This document shows, piece by piece, positions 1 to 8,915 of a DNA stretch of 60,408 nucleotides. The position numbers were made by a program, and so were the translations under genes. The notes under the pieces are model-generated. The model was not told the DNA's origin. It saw only the letters and a list, made by a program, of their open reading frames with translations, and ran no database searches. The stretch's first letter is position 1; every line of letters begins with the position of its first letter. Origin of the DNA: a virus; IMG/VR virus record IMGVR_UViG_3300006198_000003, positions 1 through 60,408 of that record. One strand, given 5' to 3'.

Positions 1-63
1 TTGGTGGAGATGAAGGATTTGTAATTCAATGCGAAGACTGCTACATGAATACAGCTTCGATTA
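1..63. repeat. Terminal overlap: identical to 60346-60408 (circular contig closure or terminal repeat)
   Basis: Direct comparison of both window ends, 63/63 identical. Confidence 0.95.
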
Positions 64-122
64 ATGGTACATATTCCGCAAACTCAACGGATGTCATAGA
101 ACTGTGGAACAGAAGGATATAA
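1..122 (+). CDS. 3' end of Lar-like restriction-alleviation family protein (continues from 59934 across the circular junction)
   Basis: Frame continues from 60408. Joined C-terminus KPCPFCGGKAKIMVV...QCEDCYMNTASINGTYSANSTDVIELWNRRI* has the CxxC...CxxC layout and ELWN tail typical of Lar family. Stop TAA 120-122. Confidence 0.6.
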   Translation, partial: GGDEGFVIQCEDCYMNTASINGTYSANSTDVIELWNRRI

Positions 123-123
123 T

Positions 124-157
124 TTGGTACAACTCCCCCTAAAATCTCCTGTACAAT
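124..157 (+). promoter_or_regulatory. Conserved promoter-like motif copy P1 (TTGGTACAAC, 22-nt spacer, TACAAT)
   Basis: TTGGTA 124-129, TACAAT 152-157; same architecture at eight other intergenic sites. Confidence 0.55.
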
Positions 158-199
158 AGAATTGGGAGATTTAGGGGGATTGTGGAAAGGTGGGAGAAT

Positions 200-478
200 A
201 TGAAAGCAACGGGAATTATTCGTAGAGTTGATGATTTGGGAAGAATTGTACTCCCCAAAGAGATAAGAAGAAAATTTGGAATCACAGATGGAATTCCGAT
301 GGAGATATTTACTAATTCTGATGGGATAGTTTTAAAGAAATACAACACGTCAGAAGAATTGTTAAGCGTAGTTTCTGTTTTGGAAGAAGCTGTTGACGAT
401 TCTGTTGATGCTTTGGAAAGAGAAAAAGTGTCTGAAATTCGTGAACATATCAAAGAGATAAGAAATGTCCTGAAATAG
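200..478 (+). CDS. AbrB/SpoVT-family DNA-binding protein
   Basis: MKATGIIRRVDDLGRIVLPKEIRRKFGI matches the swapped-hairpin AbrB N-terminal domain; RBS AAGGTGGGAGA upstream of the ATG at 200. Confidence 0.85.
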   Translation: MKATGIIRRVDDLGRIVLPKEIRRKFGITDGIPMEIFTNSDGIVLKKYNTSEELLSVVSVLEEAVDDSVDALEREKVSEIREHIKEIRNVLK

Positions 479-502
479 GGGGATTGTGGATGGAAAGGGA
501 GA

Positions 503-790
503 ATGAGACTGATTGATGCAGATGAATTGATTAAGATTTTAGAAGAATATGCTAATGACAAAGACAGTCAGGCAATATATGGGGAAGAAAGATTAAGACT
601 TATTTTGGGAGACTGCAAAATTGAAATAGAAAAATTTCCTACCGCCTATGACGTGGATAAGGTTGTGGAGCAGTTGGAGGAAAGGATTAAAAACTTTAAA
701 TCCTTAAATTCTGATGATGAAATTGTTGATGTAGCTGTAAAGGAAATACAGAGGGATATTGAAATTGTAAAATCCGGCGGCATTGAATGA
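503..790 (+). CDS. hypothetical protein
   Basis: 95-aa ORF, tightly spaced after the AbrB-like gene; no recognised motif. Confidence 0.5.
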   Translation: MRLIDADELIKILEEYANDKDSQAIYGEERLRLILGDCKIEIEKFPTAYDVDKVVEQLEERIKNFKSLNSDDEIVDVAVKEIQRDIEIVKSGGIE

Positions 791-838
791 AATCAGTGAT
801 TGTATGGGTGGTATGGTAAATAGAGCGAGGAAACGGAA

Positions 839-997
839 ATGAAAATGTTGCAAGATGGCGTTGACGTGTATTGCTTGCCAGATAATGCGTATTGCGCCGC
901 AGATGAAGATAAGAGAAGTCCGCTTGACATTGATGATTGTCCTAACGGTTGTGAAGTATGTGAGGGAGATTGTTATTATTATCATGAGGATTGGTGA
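839..997 (+). CDS. small Cys-rich hypothetical protein (52 aa)
   Basis: MKMLQDGVDVYCLPDNAYCAADED...CPNGCEVCEGDCYYYHEDW; weak RBS GAGGAA; fills an otherwise empty gap. Confidence 0.35.
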   Translation: MKMLQDGVDVYCLPDNAYCAADEDKRSPLDIDDCPNGCEVCEGDCYYYHEDW

Positions 998-1087
998 TTT
1001 ATAAGGACGGTAATTGAATGGATAAGCTAACTTCAAAGCAGAAAGCAAAGGAAGATTGAAACATGATAACAGAGGATAGGTGAGTAT

Positions 1088-1600
1088 ATGGCGAAAGGAA
1101 AATATGAATACTGGCTTACACAGGAGCAAACGATAAAAGAACTTAAAGCGAATGTTATGTGGGAATCGGTAGGAAATGAAAAGAATTTGGAAGACAACAT
1201 AGTTGAGAATATCGAAGAGATGTGCGAGGGATTGCATCTTCCTTTGATTGAAGCAATCGGTAGGCAAAAGATGATTAATACAGGGGAGTTTTTCGTAAAG
1301 CCAGATATTATGGTTAGGCATATTGACGGAACAATGACTGTATTTGAAGTAAAAAAAGATAATGCAAAATATCCGTCAACTGGAACGTCAAATCAGATGA
1401 ACGCAGTGGGACAGCTTTTGTTGTATAAAAATGTTCTTGAAAGTATTATCGGCGGATTAGTGAGAGCGGCATTGATAGATAACAAAATCCATTATAGGAC
1501 GTATTGTGCATTTATAGGGAATAGATTGCCAATAACTCTTATTGATTTTCAGAAAGATAGGGTTTTCGTTCCCTATAATGGTTGGGAAATTGCTGGTTAG
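1088..1600 (+). CDS. PD-(D/E)xK nuclease-like protein
   Basis: KPDIMV...TVFEVKKD (D...ExK) followed by GQLLLY (QxxxY), the motif order of RecB/Cas4-type nucleases. Confidence 0.55.
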   Translation: MAKGKYEYWLTQEQTIKELKANVMWESVGNEKNLEDNIVENIEEMCEGLHLPLIEAIGRQKMINTGEFFVKPDIMVRHIDGTMTVFEVKKDNAKYPSTGTSNQMNAVGQLLLYKNVLESIIGGLVRAALIDNKIHYRTYCAFIGNRLPITLIDFQKDRVFVPYNGWEIAG

Positions 1601-1611
1601 GTAGGTGTGAA

Positions 1612-2049
1612 ATGGCTAATGTTGGCAGACCTCCAAAGTATAAAAGCAAGGAGGAAATTCAAGAGAAAATTGAACAATATTTCCAAGATTGCAAAGGGGA
1701 AATATTGAAAGATGATGAAGGAAATACAGTTTTTAATAAATTTGGAAATCCTATCATTGTTGGAGAAAAACCCTTGACTGTGACTGGACTTGCGCTTGCT
1801 TTGGGGTTTGCCAGTAGACAAGCACTACTAAACTATCAAGGGAAGAAAGAATTTAATGACACTATAACGCGCGCGAAGAGCGTTGTTGAGAAATATGCAG
1901 AAGAAAGACTTTTTGACCGTGACGGTTCAAACGGAGCGCAGTTCAGCCTAAGGAATAATTTTAAAGGTTGGGATGCGGATAAAGAAGAAACAGTAACGGA
2001 GGGAATAACCATTGTCAACAATATCCCAAAACCAAATACTGCTGACTGA
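1612..2049 (+). CDS. terS: terminase small subunit
   Basis: MANVGRPPKYKSKEEIQEKIEQYF...LTVTGLALALGF HTH typical of TerS; immediately upstream of and overlapping terL. Confidence 0.85.
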   Translation: MANVGRPPKYKSKEEIQEKIEQYFQDCKGEILKDDEGNTVFNKFGNPIIVGEKPLTVTGLALALGFASRQALLNYQGKKEFNDTITRAKSVVEKYAEERLFDRDGSNGAQFSLRNNFKGWDADKEETVTEGITIVNNIPKPNTAD

Positions 2050-3283
2050 CATAATCGCCCCGTCTTTCTATTCCGTTCACTGGGACATAGCGGAGGGCAA
2101 GCATACATATTACGACCTTTACGGCGGAAGAGGTAGTACGAAATCATCTTTCATATCCGTTGAGATAGTTTTGGGCATGATGCAAGATCCGCTCGCAAAT
2201 GCCATTGTATTCCGTAAATATGGCGTGACGCTTAGAGAATCAGTATTTGAGCAAATAGAATGGGCGATTGATGCTTTGGGAGTATCGGGCTTGTGGGCAG
2301 GATATACAAACCCCATGAGATTTGTTTACAAGCCGACAGGACAAAAGATTATCTTTCGAGGACTGGATAAAGCAAAGAAAACAAAGTCTATCAAGGTATC
2401 ACATGGATATTTTAAATATCTTTGGTTTGAGGAATTAGACGAGTTTGCCGGAATGGAAGAAATCCGTACAGTACAACAATCTGTACTCCGTGGCGGCGAG
2501 AAATTCATTGTATTTAAGAGTTTCAATCCACCAATCACAAATGCGAACTGGGCAAATCAGTATGTGAATGAGCCGCGTAACAATGCATTAAGACATAAAT
2601 CAGATTATACGACAGTGCCACAGGATTGGTTAGGACAGCAATTTATTGATGATGCTGAACACCTGGAAGCCACGAACCCCAAAGCCTATCAGCATGAGTA
2701 TTTGGGTATTCCTGTCGGACTTGGAACGAATATTTTTGAATTTCTGGAAATTCGGGAGATTACGGATGAAGAAATCAGACGGATGGACAGGCTGTATGCA
2801 GGGGTAGACTGGGGATGGTACCCTGACCCATATGCTTTTATCATGGACTATTACAATCCAAAGGAAGAAAAGATATACCTAATTGATGAAAACCGCAGGC
2901 AGAAGACAGCAAATAAAGATACTGCAAAATGGATATTGGATAATCATGGAAAGGACTTGCATGCAATGCTGTATGGAACAATCTGTGATAGCGCAGAACC
3001 TAAATCTATAGCTGACTATAGGGATTTAGGCGTGTGGAATGCAAAAGAAGCATATAAGCCGCCTGGGAGCGTGGAATATGGAATGAAATGGTTGCAGAGC
3101 AGAACAATAGTTATTGACCCGAAAAGGACTCCCCACGCACTAAAGGAAATAACGGAATATGAGTACGAGAGGGATAATGACGGGAATGTAATGTCTGGTT
3201 ATCCTGACCATGATAATCATTTTATAGATGCATTGCGTTACAGCTTATCACCTGTATTTATGCGGAGAATGACACAGGCATAA
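2012..3283 (+). CDS. terL: terminase large subunit (PBSX/Terminase_3 type)
   Basis: Walker A YGGRGSTKSS and WFEELDE Walker B-like motif; nuclease C-terminal half; TTG start overlaps the terS end. Confidence 0.95.
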   Translation: MSTISQNQILLTDIIAPSFYSVHWDIAEGKHTYYDLYGGRGSTKSSFISVEIVLGMMQDPLANAIVFRKYGVTLRESVFEQIEWAIDALGVSGLWAGYTNPMRFVYKPTGQKIIFRGLDKAKKTKSIKVSHGYFKYLWFEELDEFAGMEEIRTVQQSVLRGGEKFIVFKSFNPPITNANWANQYVNEPRNNALRHKSDYTTVPQDWLGQQFIDDAEHLEATNPKAYQHEYLGIPVGLGTNIFEFLEIREITDEEIRRMDRLYAGVDWGWYPDPYAFIMDYYNPKEEKIYLIDENRRQKTANKDTAKWILDNHGKDLHAMLYGTICDSAEPKSIADYRDLGVWNAKEAYKPPGSVEYGMKWLQSRTIVIDPKRTPHALKEITEYEYERDNDGNVMSGYPDHDNHFIDALRYSLSPVFMRRMTQA

Positions 3284-3326
3284 ATTTACATGAAGAAATT
3301 AACTATGTGGTAGAAAGGGAAAGGAT

Positions 3327-3524
3327 ATGACCATTAGAGAGGGAGCCGTTTTATCTGCATATACAGGAATTTTAATGTGCAAAACGTTTTCGCCAGTGCA
3401 TGAGTACATAGAGGAAATCATAGGCAGACCAGTTTTGACACATGAAATTCCTATGCTTACTGATGAAATTAAAGAAAAAAGCAGAAAAGAATTTGAGGAA
3501 ATTATTAAAACTCAAACTTTATAA
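3327..3524 (+). CDS. hypothetical protein
   Basis: 65-aa ORF with RBS GAAAGGGAAAGGA. Confidence 0.45.
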   Translation: MTIREGAVLSAYTGILMCKTFSPVHEYIEEIIGRPVLTHEIPMLTDEIKEKSRKEFEEIIKTQTL

Positions 3525-3559
3525 AGCATCTGCCAATGCGGTAAGGAGAGGATAGGGAA

Positions 3560-3763
3560 ATGAATTGGATATATGCAGGCAACATTGAAAGACCAAAGCA
3601 AGATGAAGAAGTGCTTTGTGATTTAGGAAAGGATTTTAATTTCGCTGTAATGGTTTATGATAAGGGAATTTTCTATGACACCAATATTGGAGAATATTAC
3701 AATCTTGGAACTGATATAAAAAGATGGTGTCATATTGGAAAGCATTATGATGAGCAGTTTTGA
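3560..3763 (+). CDS. hypothetical protein (DUF551-like)
   Basis: RBS GGAGAGGA. The pattern W..a......P..DEEVLC is reminiscent of DUF551. Confidence 0.4.
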   Translation: MNWIYAGNIERPKQDEEVLCDLGKDFNFAVMVYDKGIFYDTNIGEYYNLGTDIKRWCHIGKHYDEQF

Positions 3764-3783
3764 CTATTGGGAGGATTGACAGA

Positions 3784-4221
3784 ATGAGCATTAGCGAACA
3801 GGTAAACAAATTGAGAGAAGCGGTAAAATCATACAGACCATATGTGCCGTATTATGTGATTGGGCTTTTACACAATGCCGCCGACACCATAGAATCCCTA
3901 TCTGCCAAACTGCAAGCGAAAGAGTATTGTGACGGATGCCCAGGAGCAGATATTATAGAAATTCCATGCACAGAAGAATGTAAAAGACGACATTTTAAAG
4001 CGGAAAATATGCAACGGCCAGCGGAGGATTGCGGCGGTGGGTGGATTGAATGTGATAAGGATAATTTGCCGGATAAAGAAGTCTTATGTTGCGACCAGTG
4101 CGGAGAAATGATTCTGGGTTATGTTTCCGAGGACAAAACAAGCGATACTGGATTCTGTGCAGAAAATGACAATGTTTATATGTATAACTGTGTTAAGTGG
4201 ATGGAGAGGCCGAAACCATGA
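3784..4221 (+). CDS. Cys-rich hypothetical protein
   Basis: RBS GGGAGGA before the ATG at 3784. C-terminal GGGWIECDKDNLPDKEVLCCDQCG is DUF551-like. Confidence 0.5.
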   Translation: MSISEQVNKLREAVKSYRPYVPYYVIGLLHNAADTIESLSAKLQAKEYCDGCPGADIIEIPCTEECKRRHFKAENMQRPAEDCGGGWIECDKDNLPDKEVLCCDQCGEMILGYVSEDKTSDTGFCAENDNVYMYNCVKWMERPKP

Positions 4222-4273
4222 TTTGGCAGGTGCAGGAGTTGGAAGAATATGAGAGGGGCGGTGAAAGAGAACT

Positions 4274-4320
4274 ATGAGAATAGTTGTTGATAAAATGCCA
4301 ACAAAAAGTTCTGAATGTTT
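4274..4320 (+). pseudogene. 5' fragment of a Cys-rich/DUF3850 gene split by the IS1380-family insertion
   Basis: ATGA-coupled start at 4274. The frame MRIVVDKMPTKSSEC is cut at the IS boundary and resumes exactly at 6065 once the IS and one TSD copy are removed. Confidence 0.75.
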
Positions 4321-6060
4321 ACCTTAATCCGTGAAACTCAAACTTGTTAAATGCCTGAAAAGTCTGCGATTATGCAGTTTTGAAGAGCCAAACCAGCACC
4401 TTAAAATTCACCCATTTGGTGCGGCAAAATGGCTTAATTTTCCCACTTTTGCATTATTTTCTGGTATAATAGGGACAGCAGAAATCATAACGCGGGGGGC
4501 GGACACCAATGAAAAATATTAAGATCGAATTCACCAATGAGCGTATTATCCCGGCTTCAGGACTGGCAGTCGTAGGTGCCATCCTGGGCAAGAGCGATTT
4601 CGTAAAACGCTGCAACCGTATGGATGTCACAAAGAACCGTTCACAGCACCAGATTAAAAATGGTGACATCCTCCTTACATATATCGGTCTGCTGACTATG
4701 GGTAAACCTGCTTACGAGTCCGTCCATGAGTTTGATGATGACCAGGAGTTTTATAAGTATGCCCTTGGCATCACCAGGAGCATCCCTTCCGAGGAGACAT
4801 TACGCCAGCGGATGGATGACATTGGTGCTTCCCTGCGCCCCCAGATCCTTTCCGAGAACATAGAGATGCTCAGGACAAACGGTATTGTCCCGGGGAAGCT
4901 TCCAAACGGCTATGTTCCTGTGGATATTGATGTCACGCCTTTTGACAATTCAAAAACGCAGAAACAGGGAGTCTCGCGAACTTATAAAGGCTGCGACGGG
5001 TATGCGCCCATCATGGCATATATAGGAACCGAAGGCTACCTCATCAACTGTGAGCTGCGCGAGGGGAAGCAGCACTGCCAGAAGCATACACCGGAATTTT
5101 TGCGTGAAACGATACGTTTATGCCGCGAGATCACAAATGAACCTCTCCTTGTACGCCTAGACTCCGGGAACGATGCCGCGGAAAACATCGGCATACTGAT
5201 TGAAGCCGGATGCTGTTTCATCATAAAGCGGAACCTCCGCAGGGAAAGCAGGGAGGAATGGCTTTCCATGGCGGAATCCTGCAGCAAGGATGTCCAGACC
5301 CCCCGGGACGGCAAGACTGTCTATATAGGAAGCGACTGGAAGCCCGTCACATATAAAACACAATCCGGGGAAGAGAAAACCATTACCATCCGGACAGGAT
5401 ATGAGATTATCAACCGTACAATAGACAAGTATGGACAGTTTCTATTTCCAAATGACATCGAAGCCAACACCTGGTGGACCAACCTGGGGATGAACGACCA
5501 TGAGATCATCAGCCTGTACCATGCACATGGAGAATGCGAGCAGTTCCACAGTGAAATAAAAACAGACATGGACCTGGAACGTCTGCCGTCCGGTAAATTT
5601 GACACAAATGAGCTGGTGCTGGAGCTTGCTATAATTGCATACAATATCCTGCGCATGATAGGGCAGGAGTCCATAGGCCGCCGGGGGACGGAAACCAGAC
5701 ACAAGGTAAGGCGCCGTCGGCTGCGCACCGTGATCGGGAACATGATCATGATGGCGGGCCATGTGACAGAGCATGCCCGCCAGCTGATCATAGGGCTGGG
5801 CCGGAGCAACGTGTGGCGCTATGCATTCCAGGGAATATATACTGCATTTGCGGATTTCTATGCATAAATAAGCCTTCATACAGAAAACTTCCTGCATATA
5901 GGGGGAGTAGTGCGCCCATTTATAGGAAGATGGATAAGATTTAGCAGTATATTTCCACATTTATGCAGATTGATTCAACATTATCAAGGTACACTTTTTA
6001 CTTTTTGCCAATCTGATTGTAGATTGGCATATAAAAACAATGAGTTTCACGGATTCAGGT
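4321..6060 (+). mobile_element. IS1380-family insertion sequence (1740 bp)
   Basis: Terminal inverted repeats 4321-4340 / 6041-6060 match 19/20. 4-bp direct repeat GTTT at 4317-4320 and 6061-6064. Single DDE transposase ORF. By eye, GC content is higher than in the flanks. Confidence 0.9.
4509..5867 (+). CDS. IS1380-family DDE transposase
   Basis: N-terminus MKNIKIEFTNERIIPASGLAVVG, VRLDSGNDAAEN, YHAHGECEQFHSEIKTDMDLERLPSGKF...AYNILRMIG. Confidence 0.9.
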   Translation: MKNIKIEFTNERIIPASGLAVVGAILGKSDFVKRCNRMDVTKNRSQHQIKNGDILLTYIGLLTMGKPAYESVHEFDDDQEFYKYALGITRSIPSEETLRQRMDDIGASLRPQILSENIEMLRTNGIVPGKLPNGYVPVDIDVTPFDNSKTQKQGVSRTYKGCDGYAPIMAYIGTEGYLINCELREGKQHCQKHTPEFLRETIRLCREITNEPLLVRLDSGNDAAENIGILIEAGCCFIIKRNLRRESREEWLSMAESCSKDVQTPRDGKTVYIGSDWKPVTYKTQSGEEKTITIRTGYEIINRTIDKYGQFLFPNDIEANTWWTNLGMNDHEIISLYHAHGECEQFHSEIKTDMDLERLPSGKFDTNELVLELAIIAYNILRMIGQESIGRRGTETRHKVRRRRLRTVIGNMIMMAGHVTEHARQLIIGLGRSNVWRYAFQGIYTAFADFYA

Positions 6061-6440
6061 GTTTATATAAAAAATATTACAATCAGAATATTGACGGATG
6101 GACGTGTGGATTTTTTGATATAGATTTGTGTTGTTTGGAGCGTGGAATGGCGTGCCCATACCTATGTGAATCAAAACAATGTAATAAAAGGAAATCTGGA
6201 ATAAAGCAGATTAAAAAGAAAATTCTTCCGCAGTATTTTAAAGAGGTGTGCGCCGAAAATAAACGGTTTGAACTGCGGAAAGATGAAGATGATGTGCAAG
6301 TCGGTGATGAACTTGTGCTTGAAGAATGGGATCCGGACAAAGGGTATACGGGCGAAGTTGCATTAAGACCAGTTACATACGTTCTACGGAATGTGCCAGA
6401 ATACGGACTAATGGACGGGTACTGCATTATTGGATTTTGA
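6061..6440 (+). pseudogene. 3' fragment of the split gene (DUF3850/ASCH-like domain)
   Basis: KKILPQYFKEVCAENKRFELRKDEDDVQVGDELVLEEWDPDKGYTGE matches the DUF3850 pattern. The upstream part of ORF 5910-6440 reads through the IS end. Confidence 0.75.
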
Positions 6441-6451
6441 GGGTGGCATAA

Positions 6452-7918
6452 ATGGGTTTAATCGCATGGTTTAAGGAGAAGATAAAGATGTTATTTAAAA
6501 CGGACGCTGAAAAGGCTTTCGGTGTGGAAACGTACTTGTCGCCGGAAATGGACGCTGCCATTAAGCTGTGGGGGCAGTTGGAGAGCGGCAAGCCGCCGTG
6601 GGTAAAGGACGATACCAGGACTATCCGATTTTCAAACACCGTTGCCCGGGAACTGGCTAAGCTGATTACACAGAACATTGACATTAAGGTGCAGTCAAAG
6701 TATGGAACCGGAGAAACCGCCAAGAGAATCCAGAAAGCCATTGATGATTATTTCTTGAAGAATGCCCAGCGAATTATGCAAGATGTGATTATGTTGGGCG
6801 GCTCTATGGCGAAATGGAACGGTAAAGGCATGGACTACATACCGCCGGATCGGTTTCTTGTGACTGAATTTGACAGTAATGGGGAAGTGACCGGGGCGAT
6901 ATTTTTCTCATACTACCAGAAAGAAAAGAAATTCTACACACGGGCAGAATGGCACAGGTTCGAGGACGGAGAACGCCGGGACAAAGCCGGGGAAATGGTA
7001 TCAGTCCGCAGGTATAGAGTGTCTAACAAAGCGTTTGTTTCTGATAACCAGGACGAAATCGGCAGACCGACAGACCTAAAAAACACAAAGTGGGCTGATA
7101 TTGTGCCGGAGTTTACAGCAGAAAACCTTGAAAAACCTTTGTTCGTGTACATAAAGAACCCATACAGCAACACCATAGACCCGGACAGCCCATTGGGGGT
7201 ATCGTGCTTTAGCGAGTGCGTAGAGGAACTGCGCTGGCTGGATATTGCAATGTCCACGCTGGGGGTGGAAACAGAGGATTCCGAGCCAAAAATGATAATC
7301 GGTCAATCTGCGATACAGTATGCAGAAGCGAACGGAATCGAACTTCCACGAATGGTGCTCAAGACTGGACTGGACGATATGACAGACAAGCCATTTGAGC
7401 AGTGGCAGCCAACGCTACAAGTTGCGAGCCGGACAGACGGAATAAATTTCCTTCTCTCTATTATTTCTTACAAGACCGGGTTTGACTCTGGATATTTCGT
7501 CTTTAACGGTCAGACTATTTCCGTTGCTACTGCTACCCAAGTAGAAGCCACGGAACGGCGCACCATTAATACCGTTGGGGATTACCGGGACATTCTATCA
7601 TGCCCTGACAGCAACGGAGACGGGCGTATAGGGGCGATTCATGACATAGCCTATATAATGGACGCTATGGCCGTTATCAACGGGGAATCGGCTCCTAGTG
7701 AGTTTGGGAACTATGAAATATATGCTGACTTTGCAGACCTCACAAGAAACGCCGAGGAAGACCGGTCAAGGGCATTGCTACTGACGGACAAGGGATTTTA
7801 TCCTAAGTGGTATTATTTGGTACATAACGAAGGGTTTACAGAAGAAGCGGCGCGGGCTATTGTGGCAGAAGCCAAGAGCGAGAATGAGCCGAAAGAGGGA
7901 TTGTTTGGGGAGGAGTAG
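6452..7918 (+). CDS. portal protein
   Basis: 488 aa, positioned between terL and the MuF-like gene; acidic C-terminus; SPP1 gp6-like size and synteny. Confidence 0.85.
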   Translation: MGLIAWFKEKIKMLFKTDAEKAFGVETYLSPEMDAAIKLWGQLESGKPPWVKDDTRTIRFSNTVARELAKLITQNIDIKVQSKYGTGETAKRIQKAIDDYFLKNAQRIMQDVIMLGGSMAKWNGKGMDYIPPDRFLVTEFDSNGEVTGAIFFSYYQKEKKFYTRAEWHRFEDGERRDKAGEMVSVRRYRVSNKAFVSDNQDEIGRPTDLKNTKWADIVPEFTAENLEKPLFVYIKNPYSNTIDPDSPLGVSCFSECVEELRWLDIAMSTLGVETEDSEPKMIIGQSAIQYAEANGIELPRMVLKTGLDDMTDKPFEQWQPTLQVASRTDGINFLLSIISYKTGFDSGYFVFNGQTISVATATQVEATERRTINTVGDYRDILSCPDSNGDGRIGAIHDIAYIMDAMAVINGESAPSEFGNYEIYADFADLTRNAEEDRSRALLLTDKGFYPKWYYLVHNEGFTEEAARAIVAEAKSENEPKEGLFGEE

Positions 7919-7921
7919 AAG

Positions 7922-8149
7922 ATGACATTACAAGAATTTGCTGATAAATTAGTGGAAGCATGGGGCGGCATTTCTGAAAGAATGGAAGAACTGGCAGAAG
8001 CATTACGAAAGGCATTTGATGAAGTCAATAGGAAAATAGAGGAACACAAGCGGCTGTTACGCAGACCGCCGAAATGGTACAGCAAGGCGAATAGTCCGGC
8101 TGTGATTATGAGCAGGAGAAAGCTGTATCATTGCCGGAACAACTGTTAG
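7922..8149 (+). CDS. hypothetical protein
   Basis: 75-aa ORF 4 nt after the portal stop. Confidence 0.45.
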   Translation: MTLQEFADKLVEAWGGISERMEELAEALRKAFDEVNRKIEEHKRLLRRPPKWYSKANSPAVIMSRRKLYHCRNNC

Positions 8150-8162
8150 AAAGCGTGATTTT

Positions 8163-8594
8163 ATGAGAATTAGACAGCACATAGGGAATGTTGATATACA
8201 TATCGACACAAGCAGGATAGACAATAATATTAGAGAAGCGCAGAAATTATTGAATTTGGCCATAGTCGGGGATTGTGAACAGTTTGTGCCATTCCAACAA
8301 GGAGCATTGAGGGGAAGCGCCGGGTTCCCGGATGGTGTTTATGGTGGAGTTATAGAGTACAATACACCATATGCTCATATGCTCTACGTAGGCCAGGTCT
8401 ATGGCCCAAATATCCCAATTAAGGATAGCGATGGAAATATTACTGGGTGGTATTCGCCTCCTAAAAAACATCCAACCGGGAAAGAGATTCAATATCATGC
8501 GCCGGGAACTGGAAAAGAATGGTTTGAAACTGGTAAGCAGAGATACGGCCAATCATGGATAGATTTAGTCAAGAGGACAGCAGGAAAGGAGTAG
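8163..8594 (+). CDS. minor capsid / HK97 gp10-like head-associated protein
   Basis: VPFQQGALRGSA...IEYNTPYAHMLYVG...GTGKEWFE resembles the minor-capsid family pattern. Confidence 0.5.
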   Translation: MRIRQHIGNVDIHIDTSRIDNNIREAQKLLNLAIVGDCEQFVPFQQGALRGSAGFPDGVYGGVIEYNTPYAHMLYVGQVYGPNIPIKDSDGNITGWYSPPKKHPTGKEIQYHAPGTGKEWFETGKQRYGQSWIDLVKRTAGKE

Positions 8595-8600
8595 GGGAAG

Positions 8601-8915
8601 ATGGCTTGGTATGCGGAGTTAAAGCGTAGAAAGTGGTATTGTATCAATGGTATTGATATGATACACGCTTACAAGAAAAAGCTGTATGATGATTGGTACA
8701 ACTCTCTGACAGACGAGCAGAAACAGCGATTAGAGGAATACAGAAAAGAAAAGGCGGAGAAAAACCGAAGGGAAGCACGAGAAGCCATGCAAAGATTGTT
8801 GATGATGACTGGATTAGTCGCAGAAAAGTATTATTCGGTGTGCGGAGAATCTTCCTTTCTTGCCGTTGAAAATTCTTTAGGGGGTTGCCGTGCTATCACC
8901 AGATTACTTCAATAA
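8601..8915 (+). CDS. hypothetical protein
   Basis: 104-aa ORF in the head module, coiled-coil/charged. Confidence 0.45.
   Translation: MAWYAELKRRKWYCINGIDMIHAYKKKLYDDWYNSLTDEQKQRLEEYRKEKAEKNRREAREAMQRLLMMTGLVAEKYYSVCGESSFLAVENSLGGCRAITRLLQ

Noticed and set aside
1-63. 63-bp repeat as a genuine phage direct terminal repeat
   Set aside because: An ORF reads seamlessly through the junction and the terminase is a headful type. Assembly overlap of a circular or permuted genome is more likely, though this cannot be proven from sequence alone.
5910-6440. 176-aa ORF as an intact gene
   Set aside because: Its first 50 codons read out of the right end of the IS1380 element. Only the part from 6061 on belongs to the interrupted phage gene.
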